A stretch of 63,257 bases of DNA, counting the filler, from Polymyxa betae A26-41 (lineage: Eukaryota; Protista; Endomyxa: Phytomyxea), in the NCBI GenBank assembly GCA_003693705.1. It is 6 parts of 6 records of this genome, joined end to end, with 100 filler letters (N's around TTAATTAATTAA, not from the genome) between each part and the next. Parts side by side here need not be neighbours in the genome. Positions count along the whole stretch, not along the records: positions 1 to 22,299 come from RBZT01000782.1; positions 22,400 to 27,556 come from RBZT01000153.1; 4 more parts are not named here. One strand, 5' to 3'. The notes under the pieces were generated by a model that saw nothing but the letters and a program-made list of their open reading frames with translations, was not told the origin of the DNA and did no database searches. The position numbers and the translations under genes are program-made. Below, piece after piece: positions 11,170 to 24,229 of this stretch. Position 1 is the first letter of the stretch. The number at the start of each line of letters is the position of its first letter.

Positions 11170-12450
11170 AATATCGTGGACGTACTGGACCATATCAGTA
11201 GGTTAAATACAGCTGGACCTTCCATCGTTTCATATTTTTGAGTCAATCGTCTCTATCACTTCATTACTGGTTTCCCAGCATTCCCAATGTGTCGAGCAAT
11301 GTATCGACTTGAAGTCGTTATGCTTTTGCAAGAAATTTCGCCATAAACTTATTTGCGTATAGAGAGCGTCGTTAAAACTGTTCGGTTTTAGCTTTTTGTT
11401 TTGTTTTTTTCTGTATTTTTTAGTTGTTCTTTGAACTTGGGAGATTTCAGAAGTTGATATTTAACAGTTTCTCGTTGACGATTACAATGTCGATCTATAT
11501 CGCTCCCTGCCTAATTATGTAAAATGTGCTCTTGCCAAAGTACGACCTGTTCGTACTCTGTTTAATAAAGAGCTGTTTTCATATAGCAAGTGATTCTGGT
11601 TATCATCACCCATCTGTGTCGGAAAACAGCCTTCTATCAGTGGCTGTCAATTTGGATATACTGTAACGTTGCTAAGGTCTCTGTTGGGCTTCCAAATATC
11701 TTCTGTAATTTTTGTTTCTCTAATTGTTAAATACAAGTTTGTATGATGAGACTAAGAGATCATGATCAGTGACATCTGCATCTATCGCTTCGCTTTCTGT
11801 AATTTCTCCTGTGTGGCTGGGAATGAAGTGAGGGTCACCTTCATGATCTTCGCTCAGTTCTGCCAGCTTTTCGGCTACATCGTTTACTATTGCAATGATA
11901 TATATATATATACTTGTATGGGAATGCCAATTGTTGCAGGCAGGAGAGTGAATCCGTCATCAATACCAGATTGTAGAGCTCGAATTTCTGTTTCTTAGCT
12001 CGATGTCACATTTTTTATCTCTAGTTGAGTATGAATTTCAGTATTACTTTGTGGGTTTTGGGGTCAGAAATATGCAATAAAGAAGCAGCTCCATTAGTGA
12101 AATCAGTGATGTTTTTTTTCCATTTAGATGGATGAATATCGGAGAATCGCAAGAAACCGATCCGGAGGGTAGCCGGGGGCGTACTGGACCCCATGCCAGC
12201 ACAGGATGTTCCATCAGTCCATATCCTATTCTCACCAGAGCCCGATCGACGCCCGGAAATCTGCCAGATCGTCGTACCCGCCCCGCCCCCATCACGTCGT
12301 CCGCGAACGTGCGCGAGAATCGTCCTGGCTTCAGCAATGACAGTTGCTGGAGCCGGGATCAACGCATTTGCGGTCTATGATATCTATTGGGGTTGTGGTG
12401 AGCTGGGGCGTTCGTCTATGAATGCAGGTAGCGGTATAGCGTGAGTTCTG
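11170..12450 (-). pseudogene. Non-LTR retrotransposon remnant with RNase H domain
   Basis: RNase H motifs in order on the minus strand: IWTDGTS (about 12210), LMTDSLSCLQQL (about 11950), HFIPSHTG...E..D (about 11820). Confidence 0.7.
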
Positions 12451-13940
12451 TTGCCAGAGGCGATCTGATTGCTGTATTGAAGTGTGATTTACAGAGTGGG
12501 TATTACTATGGCGATTATGGGGATAATGCTCTGGGCTTTGGCTTTAAGGGTTCTAATACATTGATAACACAATATGTTTGGCATCTCTCAGGATCATAGA
12601 GAGTGATGAATTTCTATCCTATCTTCGACCGCATCTGGACGTGAACGCCTCGGGAATATTTGATGTCGTCATCGCTGTTGAAGCCTTCGGAATTCGTAGC
12701 AGGCGTACTGTTACGAAAAGGAAGGTTATGAAGTGATGATGAACGAGACATTTTAATAGTAAATATTGAGGGCGTAGCAGCGTTCTTGGATCTGAATCTC
12801 GTTGAGGCTGTGTCCGGCAGCTCGCTTGCATGCGCGGCCACCAGCCATTGCTGGGCTGGGCGCTTGAACTTGCTGCGTAGCCCACCCAGCCTTTTTGTTT
12901 CTTGCCCTTTATCATGGCCCACCTCTGCTTGACCACCGCCTCCATTGTTCCAATTAGAGTACCCATGACGGTAACAAAAGTCAAGTAAGACATCATCAAT
13001 ATTCCCGATAGATCAGAACGGTGTTGATAGATCACAGTGGCAATGTTCGATTCGTAAACGAAGCAAAAGCATCTGGAATAATTGAAGTTTTTTATCATTA
13101 TGGCCTGAATCTGAATAACCACAAAAAATTGCATAATGAATCAGAGGAATGTAGGTTGAGAACGCACAAGAAGGACGGTCAGCGTGACGCCTTGATCAAG
13201 TGAATAAAAACCGATAAACAATGGCAGAGTATAGCAATTTCACTACCGATCAGGCTTCAGAACATACTTGTAAATGCTTAAATACAATAAATTGAATGTT
13301 TTTGAATCTAATAGATAAACATTTGTCTGTCTTCAACCGCAGTGGAATCACTTCAGTTCCGTTTTTTCTGGGAAATCGCTTCTAATCCCTTCTTCTGGCC
13401 TTCTCGCTAGATCATAGGGTCAGGCGGTTTTCGATGATCACAGTCCGAAGCGGCTTGTCTCGATAGAACTTCCGTTTAGAGAAATTGCGTTCGCAATATC
13501 TTCTGCATCACTGCTCAAGTTCGGAAAAAGTCACTGAAAAATTCAATACAAATTGATACACAGGGTTGGCTGGCCACTGCTGTCCCGAGAATGTGAATTT
13601 ATGAACGTATACAATTGAGCTCGACAGGTTCAGACTCATTTCTTTTTGACCAAATTCTTCCAGACGACAGCGTGTCGACTTCCTCGATGCGAAATTGCTT
13701 TCTGCAAAGTAGGCTTATAAGCAGGGGAATCTCTGTTTACCATTCGATACCACTATTCAAGCAATATAATTGGCGAAGAATGAAAGCCTGATGGATTTGA
13801 ATTTTTTTTTATTCGACCAATTACAAATACTACATGGCGAGAAAAGGAAAAAAAAATGTTGGCATCTGAAACTGATTAAGACATTTCAAACACGAATTTT
13901 GATTTATAGGTTTCTAATTCACTAATAGGATATTTATTAT

Positions 13941-14774
13941 TTATCTCTGCTCTAAAGCCTTCCTTGCAATCATCTTGTACAGACCCACCATATCAACAGG
14001 CTTTCCAGTATCAGATAACAGCTCAAATTTCTCCGTCATGTTCGTCAGAAATTCCAATGTCACTCTATCCTTGATTTTCACGATAATGTCTCCCATAAAT
14101 CGAATAAATGCAGCAGATTTGGAATCCCCTTTCACTTGGAGATGGTTTTTTCGGCCGAATTCGTCATCCCGAAGGCCAGTACAAAACCAGAAAGCGGCGA
14201 AAATCTTGATCAAAATCGGCAGGTTTGGATTCTTCAAAATCGCTAGAATTTCGTTTTCCTCGAATTGGAAGAAGAGGTCCGATTTAGTTAGAATTTGGAA
14301 TAAACCAATATTTTGACTTTTCAATAATTTCTGTGTGGTTAATGGCAGCTGAAATCGTTTACAGAATATCAGCGCCGCCATCCACGATTGATTGGTGAAA
14401 TTCAGAGTAGCCATATACCCATCAATGACTTTCAAAATCGATTCCGAAATCATAAAGTCGGCTATTACGGCGACCTCGAAGAGCTGATGCGGACGCAGCG
14501 GGCACTGATCTGTTTCGTTATAACAAGCGCTGAGGAAGGCTTCGAAAGCTTCGAGTGCATCCACTTCAAAACAGCAAAGATCCCTGGAGATCTCCAACTT
14601 CGGCAGCGAAATATACACCGAGAAGGCGTCGCCCGGCGACATTTGCGTCATTGGCGACCGAAGAAACTCGCGCACATATTGACTGTTTGGAACCAGAACG
14701 TCGCGATGGACATGAAAAGTGACGCCATCAACGCATAGCTGCAGATCAGTGGATGCGAGGTTGTTCAGTTCCAT
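13941..14774 (-). CDS. BTB/POZ domain protein (intronless, 277 aa)
   Basis: ATG at 14774. TDLQLCVDGVTFHVHRDVLVPNSQY...AFEAFLSACY...VAVIADF is a BTB signature. Confidence 0.85.
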   Translation of the reverse strand: MELNNLASTDLQLCVDGVTFHVHRDVLVPNSQYVREFLRSPMTQMSPGDAFSVYISLPKLEISRDLCCFEVDALEAFEAFLSACYNETDQCPLRPHQLFEVAVIADFMISESILKVIDGYMATLNFTNQSWMAALIFCKRFQLPLTTQKLLKSQNIGLFQILTKSDLFFQFEENEILAILKNPNLPILIKIFAAFWFCTGLRDDEFGRKNHLQVKGDSKSAAFIRFMGDIIVKIKDRVTLEFLTNMTEKFELLSDTGKPVDMVGLYKMIARKALEQR

Positions 14775-16109
14775 GAATTCAGAAGACGATTGAGATTGGT
14801 TTGGCCTCGTCTGTGTCTTTGGATAAAGCGTAACCCGATGATCATCAGACCAAGGGCTATGAGGTATGTAAAGGCATAGGGGAGGCGCGGCCTCCCCCGC
14901 GTATTCTGATTCTTCTCTCTCGCGTGAGGGGTACGCGGCCTTTAGGGCTGGCTCCGGCCTCGTTGAGGTCTTGAGGAGAGCAGGCCTCCATCCAAGTCGC
15001 CAACCCAACCGACTTAATCAGGATTCAGGAAAGTCTGATGCCATTGGAGTCTACATAAGGTAAAACAAGCGACGCGAGTGAATTACGTCGATTTCAGTGT
15101 CGGCTTTCGTCGTGTATGCAAAGCCGTTATCGATGCTAGTTCAATAAACGACATTCCGCTTGGCTCTACCTTATGATGATTTTACTTTCTGAAGAATATA
15201 TTAGATTCCATTTTATTTAGTGATCGTGCTGTAATTGTTCTAGAGATGGCATGGGTTTTGCGAAATTACTGGTCTATTGGGTTTGAAAGCTTATGGTTTA
15301 TGATCCATGATATTTTTTGTAGCATTATCATTCCTATTCAATTAGTCTGGTTCGCGAGAAAGTGTATTAAGCACAGATGAGACACTGAATGCAAGGCAAT
15401 GAGATAGAGTATAAATCTATTAGCTTTTGAAGATGTAATCGTAGTATCGAAGCAGTATTCAAAGCACCAAGCGTATTACTTGCCAAACAGAATTCGTTGA
15501 CTATAGGCCCTGCCAATTCTTTTCAGGTCTCATGCCGATGCGATACATCTGAAGACAGACAACCGCTGTCTTTCACGAATAAATGAATGGCCGACAAACA
15601 GTGACGACGGGTTTCTGGACATTAAGACATGGATGTCGAAGTTCGCTACCAAATTAGTCGCCATTAACGATGGCAAGTCGGTGAACAGCACAGCTATCTA
15701 TTCACAGAAAATTTCATAATACAATCGCACCACACCTAAGGTCAGTTGTCTCAATGGATCGACGAAGCGAAGTCTCTTTCGTTTTAGAAGAAAGAAGCTA
15801 GCCCTGCCTCATAGGCTGGAGCATTACAGTCTACTCCTTGCGCCGGTTGGAGAGTGATTCATCAAATGCTAAACTGATAAGCTCCACGGGCAAACGAAAA
15901 AGAAAGCAAGCTTCGAATGTTCCAACAGAACTGCGCAGTCACGCATGTTTCCTTCCAACGTTGCTTTGAAAAACTGCGCTCACCAACTCAAATTATGTTC
16001 GGTATGATTTCGGCGGAGCCTCTTGACGTTACCCTCTTCCCTTTTGCACTTACGGGCGGCGGCCGACGGGAGCCGGGAGTGTGTTGGCATTTGGTTATCA
16101 CCGAATCAG

Positions 16110-17901
16110 ATGATGAGGGTACTTGTCTTCGTGTCGCTGCTGGCACTCGCGACAGCGGAGGTCTACTTCGACGAACCTTTTAGCGGAAGCTGGAAGGATC
16201 GCTGGGTCTCGTCGGACTGGAAGAAGGACGAGGGCACCAATGGCAAGTGGGGCTGGTCGCACGGAGACTTCTATGGCGACGCCCAAGAAGATAAAGGTTT
16301 GATGACCAAACAGGACGCCAGATATTATGCGATTTCTGCCAAAATGGATAAGGTGCTTCAATTCCAATTATATAACCTATGTTGAAGCGCTTTGTTTGCA
16401 CAGAAATTTGACAACGAGGGCAAAGACTTGGTGATCCAGTATTCGGTAAAACTGCCGTCATTTGTTGATTGTGGAGGTGGCTATATCAAAGTGATGCGTT
16501 CAGGAACCGATCAGGTATGCTATCATTTTCCGAGCTAACATCATCACTGATTTTAATGTAGAAATCATTTAGCGGCTCCTCTGATTATGCAGTTATGTTT
16601 GGAACTGATATCTGTGGCACTACTACACGAAAGTAAAATTTGCTTTTGAATGATGCATTCATTGTTATGTTTTAAGCTTGGTACTGATTTAGATATTGGT
16701 TGGGTTAATCTTCGCACAAATATTTCCCTTTCTTGCTTCACAAACGTTTTTGCTTTTGCTTACTGAATGCCCAGGATTCAGGCTATTCTAAACTACAAGG
16801 ATGAGAATCTCTTGAAAAAAACCGAGGTTTGTGTTTCGTCTTTCGATCTTCGTTCAGTGTACTTATAAAGGGTGTTCAGGTTCCATGCGAAACCGACAAA
16901 TTCACTCACTTCAACACTTTTATCATTCGCCCTGATAACACATACACAATCAAGATTGACAATGTCGAAAAAGCATCTGGGTCGCTGTACGATGAGTGGC
17001 CTTTCCTGAAGCCTAAAAAGATCGCTGTATGTTCGATAATTACTTTCTAATTGTGTTTTGCTTTTGCTCTGCACATTTCAGTTTTCGCCATCTTTTATAA
17101 GATTCTAATGGATGCCTCTCAGGATCCTGATGCAAAAATGCCCAGCGACTGGGTTGATGAACCCTTGATTGATGATCCAAATGACAAGAAGCCTGACGAC
17201 TGGGTCGAGGTCGCTAAGATTCCTGATCCAGAAGCCAAAATGCCCGAAGACTGGGATGAGGAGGCTGATGGGGAGTGGACACCACCAATGATTCCTAACG
17301 AGAGCTACAAGGGAGAATGGAAACCAAAGAAGATTCCAAACCCAGATTATCAGGTGACTTTTTAAGCTTTTGTCAGGCTTTTAATTGATGAATTGCATTT
17401 GTTTGTCACTTTATCTTCATTGTTCAATATGTCATGCATTGCTTTGCGATTTATTTCCTGAACTCTTCTAGTTCTACAATTCTCATTTTCGTCTGACTTG
17501 ATTTGGTAGGGCAAATGGGTGGCTCCAGAGATCGACAACCCCGATTTCGTCGATGATCCGGAAATATACGTTCAGAAGGACCTGGAATATGTCGGTTTCG
17601 AGTTATGGCAGGTAATTATTGTTTGATTCCATTGCATTTCGGTTTATTCAACCATTGCATTCAGATGAAGTCCAACTGGATATTCGACAACATTTTGGTT
17701 ACAGATGATGTGACTCTTGCATCTGAAAGGGTTGAAGCTTGGCTAAAGAAGAACAAGGCTGCAGAGAGTAAGATGAACGAAGATATAGAAGCCGAAGAGC
17801 GGAAGAAAGCCGAAGCCCAGCGAAAGGCTGCTGAATCGAAGACAGACGACAAAGATGATGACGAAATTGATCTTGATGATGATGAGAAAGACGAACTTTA
17901 A
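16110..17901 (+). CDS. CALR: Calreticulin, 8 exons: 16110-16352, 16404-16514, 16562-16632, 16775-16826, 16880-17026, 17123-17353, 17510-17611, 17665-17901
   Basis: Signal peptide, DCGGGYIK, MFGxDICG, 3+3 P-domain repeats (DPxxKxPxDW; GxWxxxxIxNPxY/F), acidic tail and C-terminal KDEL. All introns are GT-AG and the frame is kept. Confidence 0.97.
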
Positions 17902-19247
17902 TGTCGATATTGTCAAGCGCTCACCAAGAACCGCGAAACCATAAACCGATCATCCTGTAATGTACCAACATTATCTTGATTTCAACTTGGACCTATCTTC
18001 ACAAAACGAACTCAAGCTTAGTCTAGACTTCGATAAAATCATCAACTTAAGATGTATCCAAACACGCCGCCATAATGCCTTCATTCTTTGGTCGACTTTT
18101 GTGCTGCCTCGACATCGTTGTTTTTCTTGGTAATTAGGCATTCATAGTGAACTCGCGACAATCCAGAGTCTGTAAACGACATCCATGCCCTTGCATTCCT
18201 TGACAAATTCGTCGGGTTTTAGCCTGTGCTGATAGCATTGGTGTTGAAAGAGGAAACGCCAATGGAAACTTAAAACTTACCCCGGAAAGATGCACCGGGA
18301 GTGATTTTAGTTTAGAGATCATTGCTGAAAGAGACATTGTCACCAACACACCAGGCTCCGGCTTGGCATTAAGATGAACTTCATCGCGAGCGGTGGTGGC
18401 GTCGAATGGTGCAGACAGTGAAGCGGTCCGGTTGGGAGCCATTTCGTACGATCAAATCATAGTTTATCATGCCTCGATATGGAATGGGTCATCCCAAAAC
18501 GCACAGCCGCTTTGCTTTTGCATCATGATTTTCGATCCTAACCTAAAACAGAAGTGCTGCTCTCCTCGAATTCGCGAAAGCACCGGTTTTCGTTTGGGGA
18601 AAACGCTGATTAGGCTCTGGTATTCCTTCAACGAGGTTTCTCAATCAATCTGTCTATTATGACATGTGCAAAAAAAATCGGAACGACATCGTCAAAACTC
18701 GGTTTTATCGTCTCCGTTAAAGCAAATCTAACTTTTGACTCTAATTTTGTCATTTGAGCAAAGAACCAAACGAGTGTATCATTACTATATATTAACATTG
18801 TGATTGTTATGAAGATGGGCGAATTGATGCTTTCGGAATTGATGCTTTCGTAGCATTCATGGAATTCGAATTCATGAAATGGTCGTACTTAAATCAGCAA
18901 TGGTCGCGCTCGTTATTAATGGACTTCCCATCATGCTGTTAATATCGAGCAACAACTCGAGAACGCTGCATTTCGTGAGAGGCAATATCTACCCTGATCT
19001 GGTCGCTTTCTAGAGGATCCAACTAATTCCAGATTCACCTTTAGAATCACCGCCTTTGGGGGTGGTTGGCTCTACAGTATACACACACACAGATGCATCC
19101 ATCTCTCAGTTTGCTTTAACTGCTCTAGCCAGCATATTGCAGAGTTTAGTCAAAGGTATGACCTCTTCTTTGAAAATCGTAAAGAAGCTGCTACGCCCGG
19201 CAAGCGATAGATGATACAGATACAAGTGTATATCTGAGCTGAGGCCT

Positions 19248-19620
19248 GAGGAGCGCAACCCCCCGCGCGGCTTCCGGCCAGGGTTGGCAGCACGGGATTT
19301 TTTTTAACAAGGTTTTTTATGGTTTTTGAATAAAACTGTATTTTAAATAACTTTTTCCTGAAAATACCGGTAAGGTTTTTTGGGATTTTTAGTACAGTAC
19401 GCAACCCGGTACAGTCGGCCTTCTGTCCTTCTCGCGTCCCCGTTCCCCTCTGAAATCTGAACTGTGGAAGCGGGAAGCCGCTTCCCGCTTCTGCCTTCTG
19501 GTATGGAGCGTAACCCCCGGCGCGGCCTTTGGTGTGGAGAGCAACCCCCGGCGCCGCCTCTGGTGTGGAGAGTCACTGGAGACTGGAGAGCCGAGAGCAA
19601 CCCCCGGCGCGGCTTCTGGA
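19248..19620 (+). repeat. Cluster of four imperfect GAGCAACCCCCGGCGCGGC units; possible end of a non-autonomous DNA transposon
   Basis: Units near 19250, 19506, 19537 and 19593. CAGGGTTGGCAG (hAT-like terminus) at about 19278. Confidence 0.45.
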
Positions 19621-22017
19621 GTTCAAAAATTTCCAGTTTTTTTTTCAAAGATTGTTTGAACAGTAACTCAGTAAGTATCGTTTCGAATCACTTGCTGTTG
19701 TTCGGAAAGGAAGCCGAAAATCGGAGCTCAATTACATTTGAATTGCTTCGTACAATTGTGTTCTGTTGCTCGAAACAGGATCTTTAATCGAACAGATCAA
19801 TCAGATGTTATAAATTAGGGTGGACAATACATGGTGAGGTGTAACCTTGGATAGATTTGGATTCCGATGATTTTGCACCCTATTTGGAAAGCTATTCCAC
19901 GCCCTTATATAGACAGGCATCGTGTTCTCAGCCAGAAGGCCAGGTTGGTGGACCAGCGGCTTGTTCTCTGATCGTTTGTGAACCATTCATGAACCAAAAC
20001 AGCTGCTCGATGGCGCTCCTGCTTGATCAAACGCTTGTGCCTGCAAACCGACTATTTTCTTTTTCTAAAAATGTCTTTTGCCAAATTGATATTCGAATGG
20101 CAGCGATTTCCCATTAACCCCGTTAAGCTTGTTAATTCGTTTATAAAGAGCTTGGCAGGCAGTAGAAGTAATTGCATTGCATGACGAGGCAGAGGTCGTA
20201 GGCGAATACATGTGGAAGATTGTGATCTCTAAGGCGGATCCATGAAGACACCGGCCAGGGCGATAATCGAGAAGAGCCTCATCGAAACATCGACGTCGAT
20301 TCCGCCCGCCCTTCATCATGATATGTCGCGAGAGGTTTTGATAACAATCGCTCATAACAAAACTATTGCCACGCCGATCCACCTTCCAGAAAAATACAAC
20401 ATAGGAAGAGGTCACGTTTGATAATGGTTGAACGGTTAAGGAGGCGAGTGTAGGTTGGTCTTGGGAATGCTGGCCCCCCGGCTCGCAATGATTATTAACG
20501 ACAGCCTGCGATATGTTGTTTGCGGTCAACTGGGACCTATCGCTTCTTCGATTATTTACTGATACAGTCTGAGCAGGATTTCGTACTGAAACGATGAATA
20601 GCTCTACTATGGCAAGGGCAGAATCAGTGTTGACGATTTGACGGAGCTCACATCAGAATGCGAGATATTCGGTGGCTCAGGACGAGGCCTAATCAGCTCC
20701 TGCAACAGCTTTCAGTTCCTGCCCGAGCCACTTGTCACAAACATTCATCAATCTTCTATTGAATGGGTTTTAATGGTTTTTCAGAAAGATAATATCATGG
20801 ATATTATCGAAGTCTGGAAAGAAGATCTTCAATAAGGTCGATAGAAACCTTCAAAGCAGCTGCGCTCCACCAGCGAAAAAATTTCTGGTGATGTTAAACA
20901 AACTAAGACGACATTGATGATAGATTGGAGAGAAATGACTCTTGTCTCCCAATATCTCTTTCCTTTATATTATATCATGAACGGTCTTCAATCGGTCATC
21001 GTAATTGTGATGACTTCACAACACAAATCCGTCTCGTATCCGACCTTTATTTCTACTCACATTATAGAGTGAAAAGAACAATAACAAAGAAGGGTAAGAC
21101 GGTGATCCGAGTGGCAGGACAGGCGCCGGGACGGCCCGACCGTGCTGGATTGTCGGTGGATCTTCGTAATTGCAGCGGATGTTGTATTTGTAATCTGGAT
21201 GACAGGCTGTTAGTTACATGAGCCGTATAACAATAATGATGAATGACCTCTTCTTCATGATTTCGATTCAAACAGATCTACTCATTGTATTGGATTTTTT
21301 TTTAAGAAATCGAGTTGAATCTTGAATAGTTTTGGATAGCAGGAGGGAGGCTGCTTCGAATAACGCTGCATCAACTGTCACATCATTCGAAATTTCCCAA
21401 TTTGGTTTGGGGATTTCCACTCAAGGTTTCCAGATTCGATCAAAAGTTGAATGGGGGCAGAGTTCATTGAAGTCCAAATATATTCTGCTATCATCGCAAT
21501 GTCTACCAGAGCCGTACCGATCCCTCATTTATTCCTCCTAAATCCACTTACTATCACTACTAATCTCCTGGTAATGCCGTCTACCATCAGGGCCAGGTAA
21601 ATTGACGATTAATGAGCAAATCAGACTCAGTCGGAGAAGGTAAACTGGAATCGTTTCAGTACTATAAAACCTGAGGCGTGAGTCGCCTTTTTTCAGATTC
21701 TCTTTTTGAAAATAACTACCAACATCTACCGTACAATCGATCGAGTAGACTAAGATCGATTCATGGTCTCATATATGTAAATACATTATTATTCTTCTTC
21801 TTGTTTTGTTCTACTCAAAAGACTCTTCTCGTCTAGACTTTCTAGCGTTTACGGAAGTCGTCTCATAGGCCTATTTTCGTTGCTTCTCTACTCGCTATAG
21901 GGCTCACTCTGTAGCTGTTTCTTTCATCTCTCATTGTATTCGATTCTAGTCTTAGGGTTCTCTAAACCCTAAACCTCGATCTTTCTCGCATTTTTTCTCC
22001 TATATCCTTTGATAGGT

Positions 22018-22278
22018 ATGAACGGTTTTCAGACCTCATTGATTACACCGCCACGCCTTAGTGGATACGATCGTAATTTGGTTAGACTGTTTCTTACAGA
22101 ATGGACCAATTACACTTCAAGTATTACTCGTTTTAATACAGCAGTTGCCGACGATCGGAAGCTGTCTGCGATCCCGTTACGAGAGGCGATTGAGCCTTGG
22201 ATTCTGAATCATCTATGTACATACATTCTTAAGTTGGCTCATGGGTCAGCAGATAGCGTGACCGACGATAAGCTCTAA
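22018..22278 (+). pseudogene. Gypsy Gag N-terminal fragment
   Basis: PPRLSGYDRNLVRLFL...IEPWILNHLC...VTDDKL parallels the Gag at 37360-37580 (APLLRKLDRKAILRFV...VLETIC...VIDDDI). Confidence 0.55.
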
Positions 22279-22299
22279 ACATTGTAATAACTGGTATTT

Positions 22300-22399
22300 N
22301 NNNNNNNNNNNNNNNNNNNNNNNNNNNNNNNNNNNNNNNNNNNTTAATTAATTAANNNNNNNNNNNNNNNNNNNNNNNNNNNNNNNNNNNNNNNNNNNN
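22300..22399. other. Assembly gap with artificial spacer
   Basis: 44 N + TTAATTAATTAA + 44 N. Identical spacers occur at 27557-27656, 35793-35892, 49302-49401 and 60812-60911. A plain N-run lies at 26040-26081. Confidence 0.97.
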
Positions 22400-22523
22400 C
22401 GTGATTCAGGGCTTGGGGGCCTTCAGCTTCCGGCGGTCTTGACTTGAAACCCTTATGTTACCATTTGCGTAGTATCGCAATGTGGTTTAAATAGTGCGCA
22501 GTGTCGCAGTATTTATTACTTCA

Positions 22524-23244
22524 TTAGGAGAAAATATAAGTTGATACAACAGCTGGTAATTGATTGAGATTGTCGAAAAATATTTGAATAGGATCTTGTG
22601 CAGGCAGAATTACGATTTTTCTTCGGGCTGTAATGCAAGCGTCGATAGCGAACGTTGACATTAAAGAACATTCCTCGAAGAATATAATGTTCGTATTCTT
22701 TAGGAGTGATGCTTGATCAGATAAAGGATCGATTCGACACTCAATGTCATAATCACTCTCTCCCGGTCTTAATCGATGACATTTCCAAAAAGTCATTGGA
22801 TTTAGAACTGCAAGGTTAACTTTGCTTAAATTAGTTGGACAGCAGCTAATAACATTGCATTGTAGTGTCTGCAATGTCCGTCCCAACTGAACCAGAACAA
22901 AGGATTTACCAGCACCTGCTTTTCCTTCAACATGAAATAATCACGGCATTCCAGGTTGAGACACAATGGTCCTTAAAAATATTTTCCATCGCTTGTACTT
23001 GTGGTCGTGTACAGGTAACCATCCAGTTATTGACAATATTTGACATCAACAACTCTGCATCCACTGGACTTAAATCTTTGAAGGCAGAAATTTGTTGTTC
23101 ATGTTGTAGAATAGCAGCATCAATAAACGCCCCAAATTGGCTTTCGTATAGTCGAGTTGATAATTGCCGCATGCTCTCATTTCGAATCAGATAAAGTAGA
23201 TAATTATCTTCGACGTGATGATTGCGTAGTACCCGCTCGAACAT
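22524..23244 (-). pseudogene. PIF1-like superfamily-1 helicase, disrupted; motifs I-III only
   Basis: LFHVEGKAGAGKSF (Walker A), VISCCPT (Ia), IIFFEECSLM (Walker B, DE>EE), IFFDNLNQLPAV (III). A stop and a frameshift lie just upstream of Walker A. Confidence 0.8.
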
Positions 23245-23426
23245 GACAATTGGTGTCTTTTCCTGATCATTATGAACGGCTTACAGAGCCTTTTGATTTT
23301 GATAAATATACATTATGGCAGAACAATGGCCTATAAAAAAATAGATATATTTAACGCGTAATTTATAAAGTACCCCAAATCTGATTCTTTATTCAAGGAG
23401 TACCCCAAAACGCGCAGATTTAAAAT

Positions 23427-23648
23427 TTACTGTGGCGCAGTAGGGAATTGGCACGGTGTTTTACTTTTGTAATGGCTAGCACCGCAATCCTTGCATTTTA
23501 TAGTTCTCTTTTTTGGAGGAACTGGGGTACCCGACTCTGGATTGTTGATTATTGAGTTTCCGATTGGGGGCGGGTGACGTATTGAGCATGGAACCCCAAG
23601 CCATGCGAGCGATAGAACCGCCTTAACTTTTCCAATCGGAAGACACAA
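23427..23648 (-). CDS. Small ORF with basic patch and CCHC-type zinc-binding motif (start uncertain)
   Basis: PPKKRTIKCKDCGASHYKSKTPC; co-oriented between the HNH and helicase genes. Confidence 0.4.
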   Translation of the reverse strand: MCLPIGKVKAVLSLAWLGVPCSIRHPPPIGNSIINNPESGTPVPPKKRTIKCKDCGASHYKSKTPCQFPTAPQ

Positions 23649-23664
23649 TCAGAAGAAAAACACA

Positions 23665-24229
23665 AAATAAATTATACTTTAATGTAGGTCTTTTGATGAT
23701 CAGCTGATATTTTCCGTACTGAGTTCGTGTTATGTGCCTCATATCGGTTTTATAAAATCCACGAATACTTGCCATATTTCTTCATTGTTGTCTATCTTTT
23801 TCTGTATAGAATCACGAAATTCAATAGCATCGTCGAGAGTGACTAACGTCCGATCTATTGTTTTTCTAGCTTTAAAGGAAACCCTGTAACCGCTGTCGTT
23901 CCTTTTCATTATGTTTAATTCCTCATTATTATCTGTCCTGATATGCCCATTCTTCTGTATTGTCATCCACCGTAGATTATCGACATTATTATTTGTTTTT
24001 TCCGATCAATATGGTCAACGACTGGGAAGTTTTGGGGATTATCAATAAAGGTCTGCGCGACTAGTCTGTGGACTTTCTTATTGTATCGTGTTTTAACTTT
24101 GTATAAGACCACAAAGGAATAACCATTAATATCCAAATGCGGTTTCAGTTCGCCTCTTTTACCCAATAAATTCCCATTGAAATCGATGAAGTAGTCTAGA
24201 AATTCGCTAAAACGTTTTAATAAAACCAT
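23665..24229 (-). pseudogene. NUMOD4/HNH-type homing endonuclease with C-terminal AP2-like DNA-binding repeats, frameshifted
   Basis: GY..V.L......VHRLVAQTFIDNPQNFPVVDHID, then after a frameshift NNVDNLRW...YRVSF..RT..TLDDAIEFRD, and a second repeat MRHITRTQYGKYQLIIK. Confidence 0.85.

Noticed and set aside
12614-13134. 171-aa and 102-aa minus-strand ORFs
   Set aside because: No recognisable motif or consistent splice model.
14775-15008. N-terminal extension of the BTB ORF
   Set aside because: It begins at a non-ATG codon. The first ATG at 14774 directly precedes the BTB domain.
18000-21600. Possible spliced genes between calreticulin and the first gap
   Set aside because: Exon-like pieces exist, but no supportable gene model or family could be assembled by eye.
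22344-22355. Recurring TTAATTAATTAA palindrome (five copies)
   Set aside because: It is always centred in exactly 44+44 Ns, so it is a scaffolding spacer with stop codons rather than biology. It also means links across gaps are unproven.
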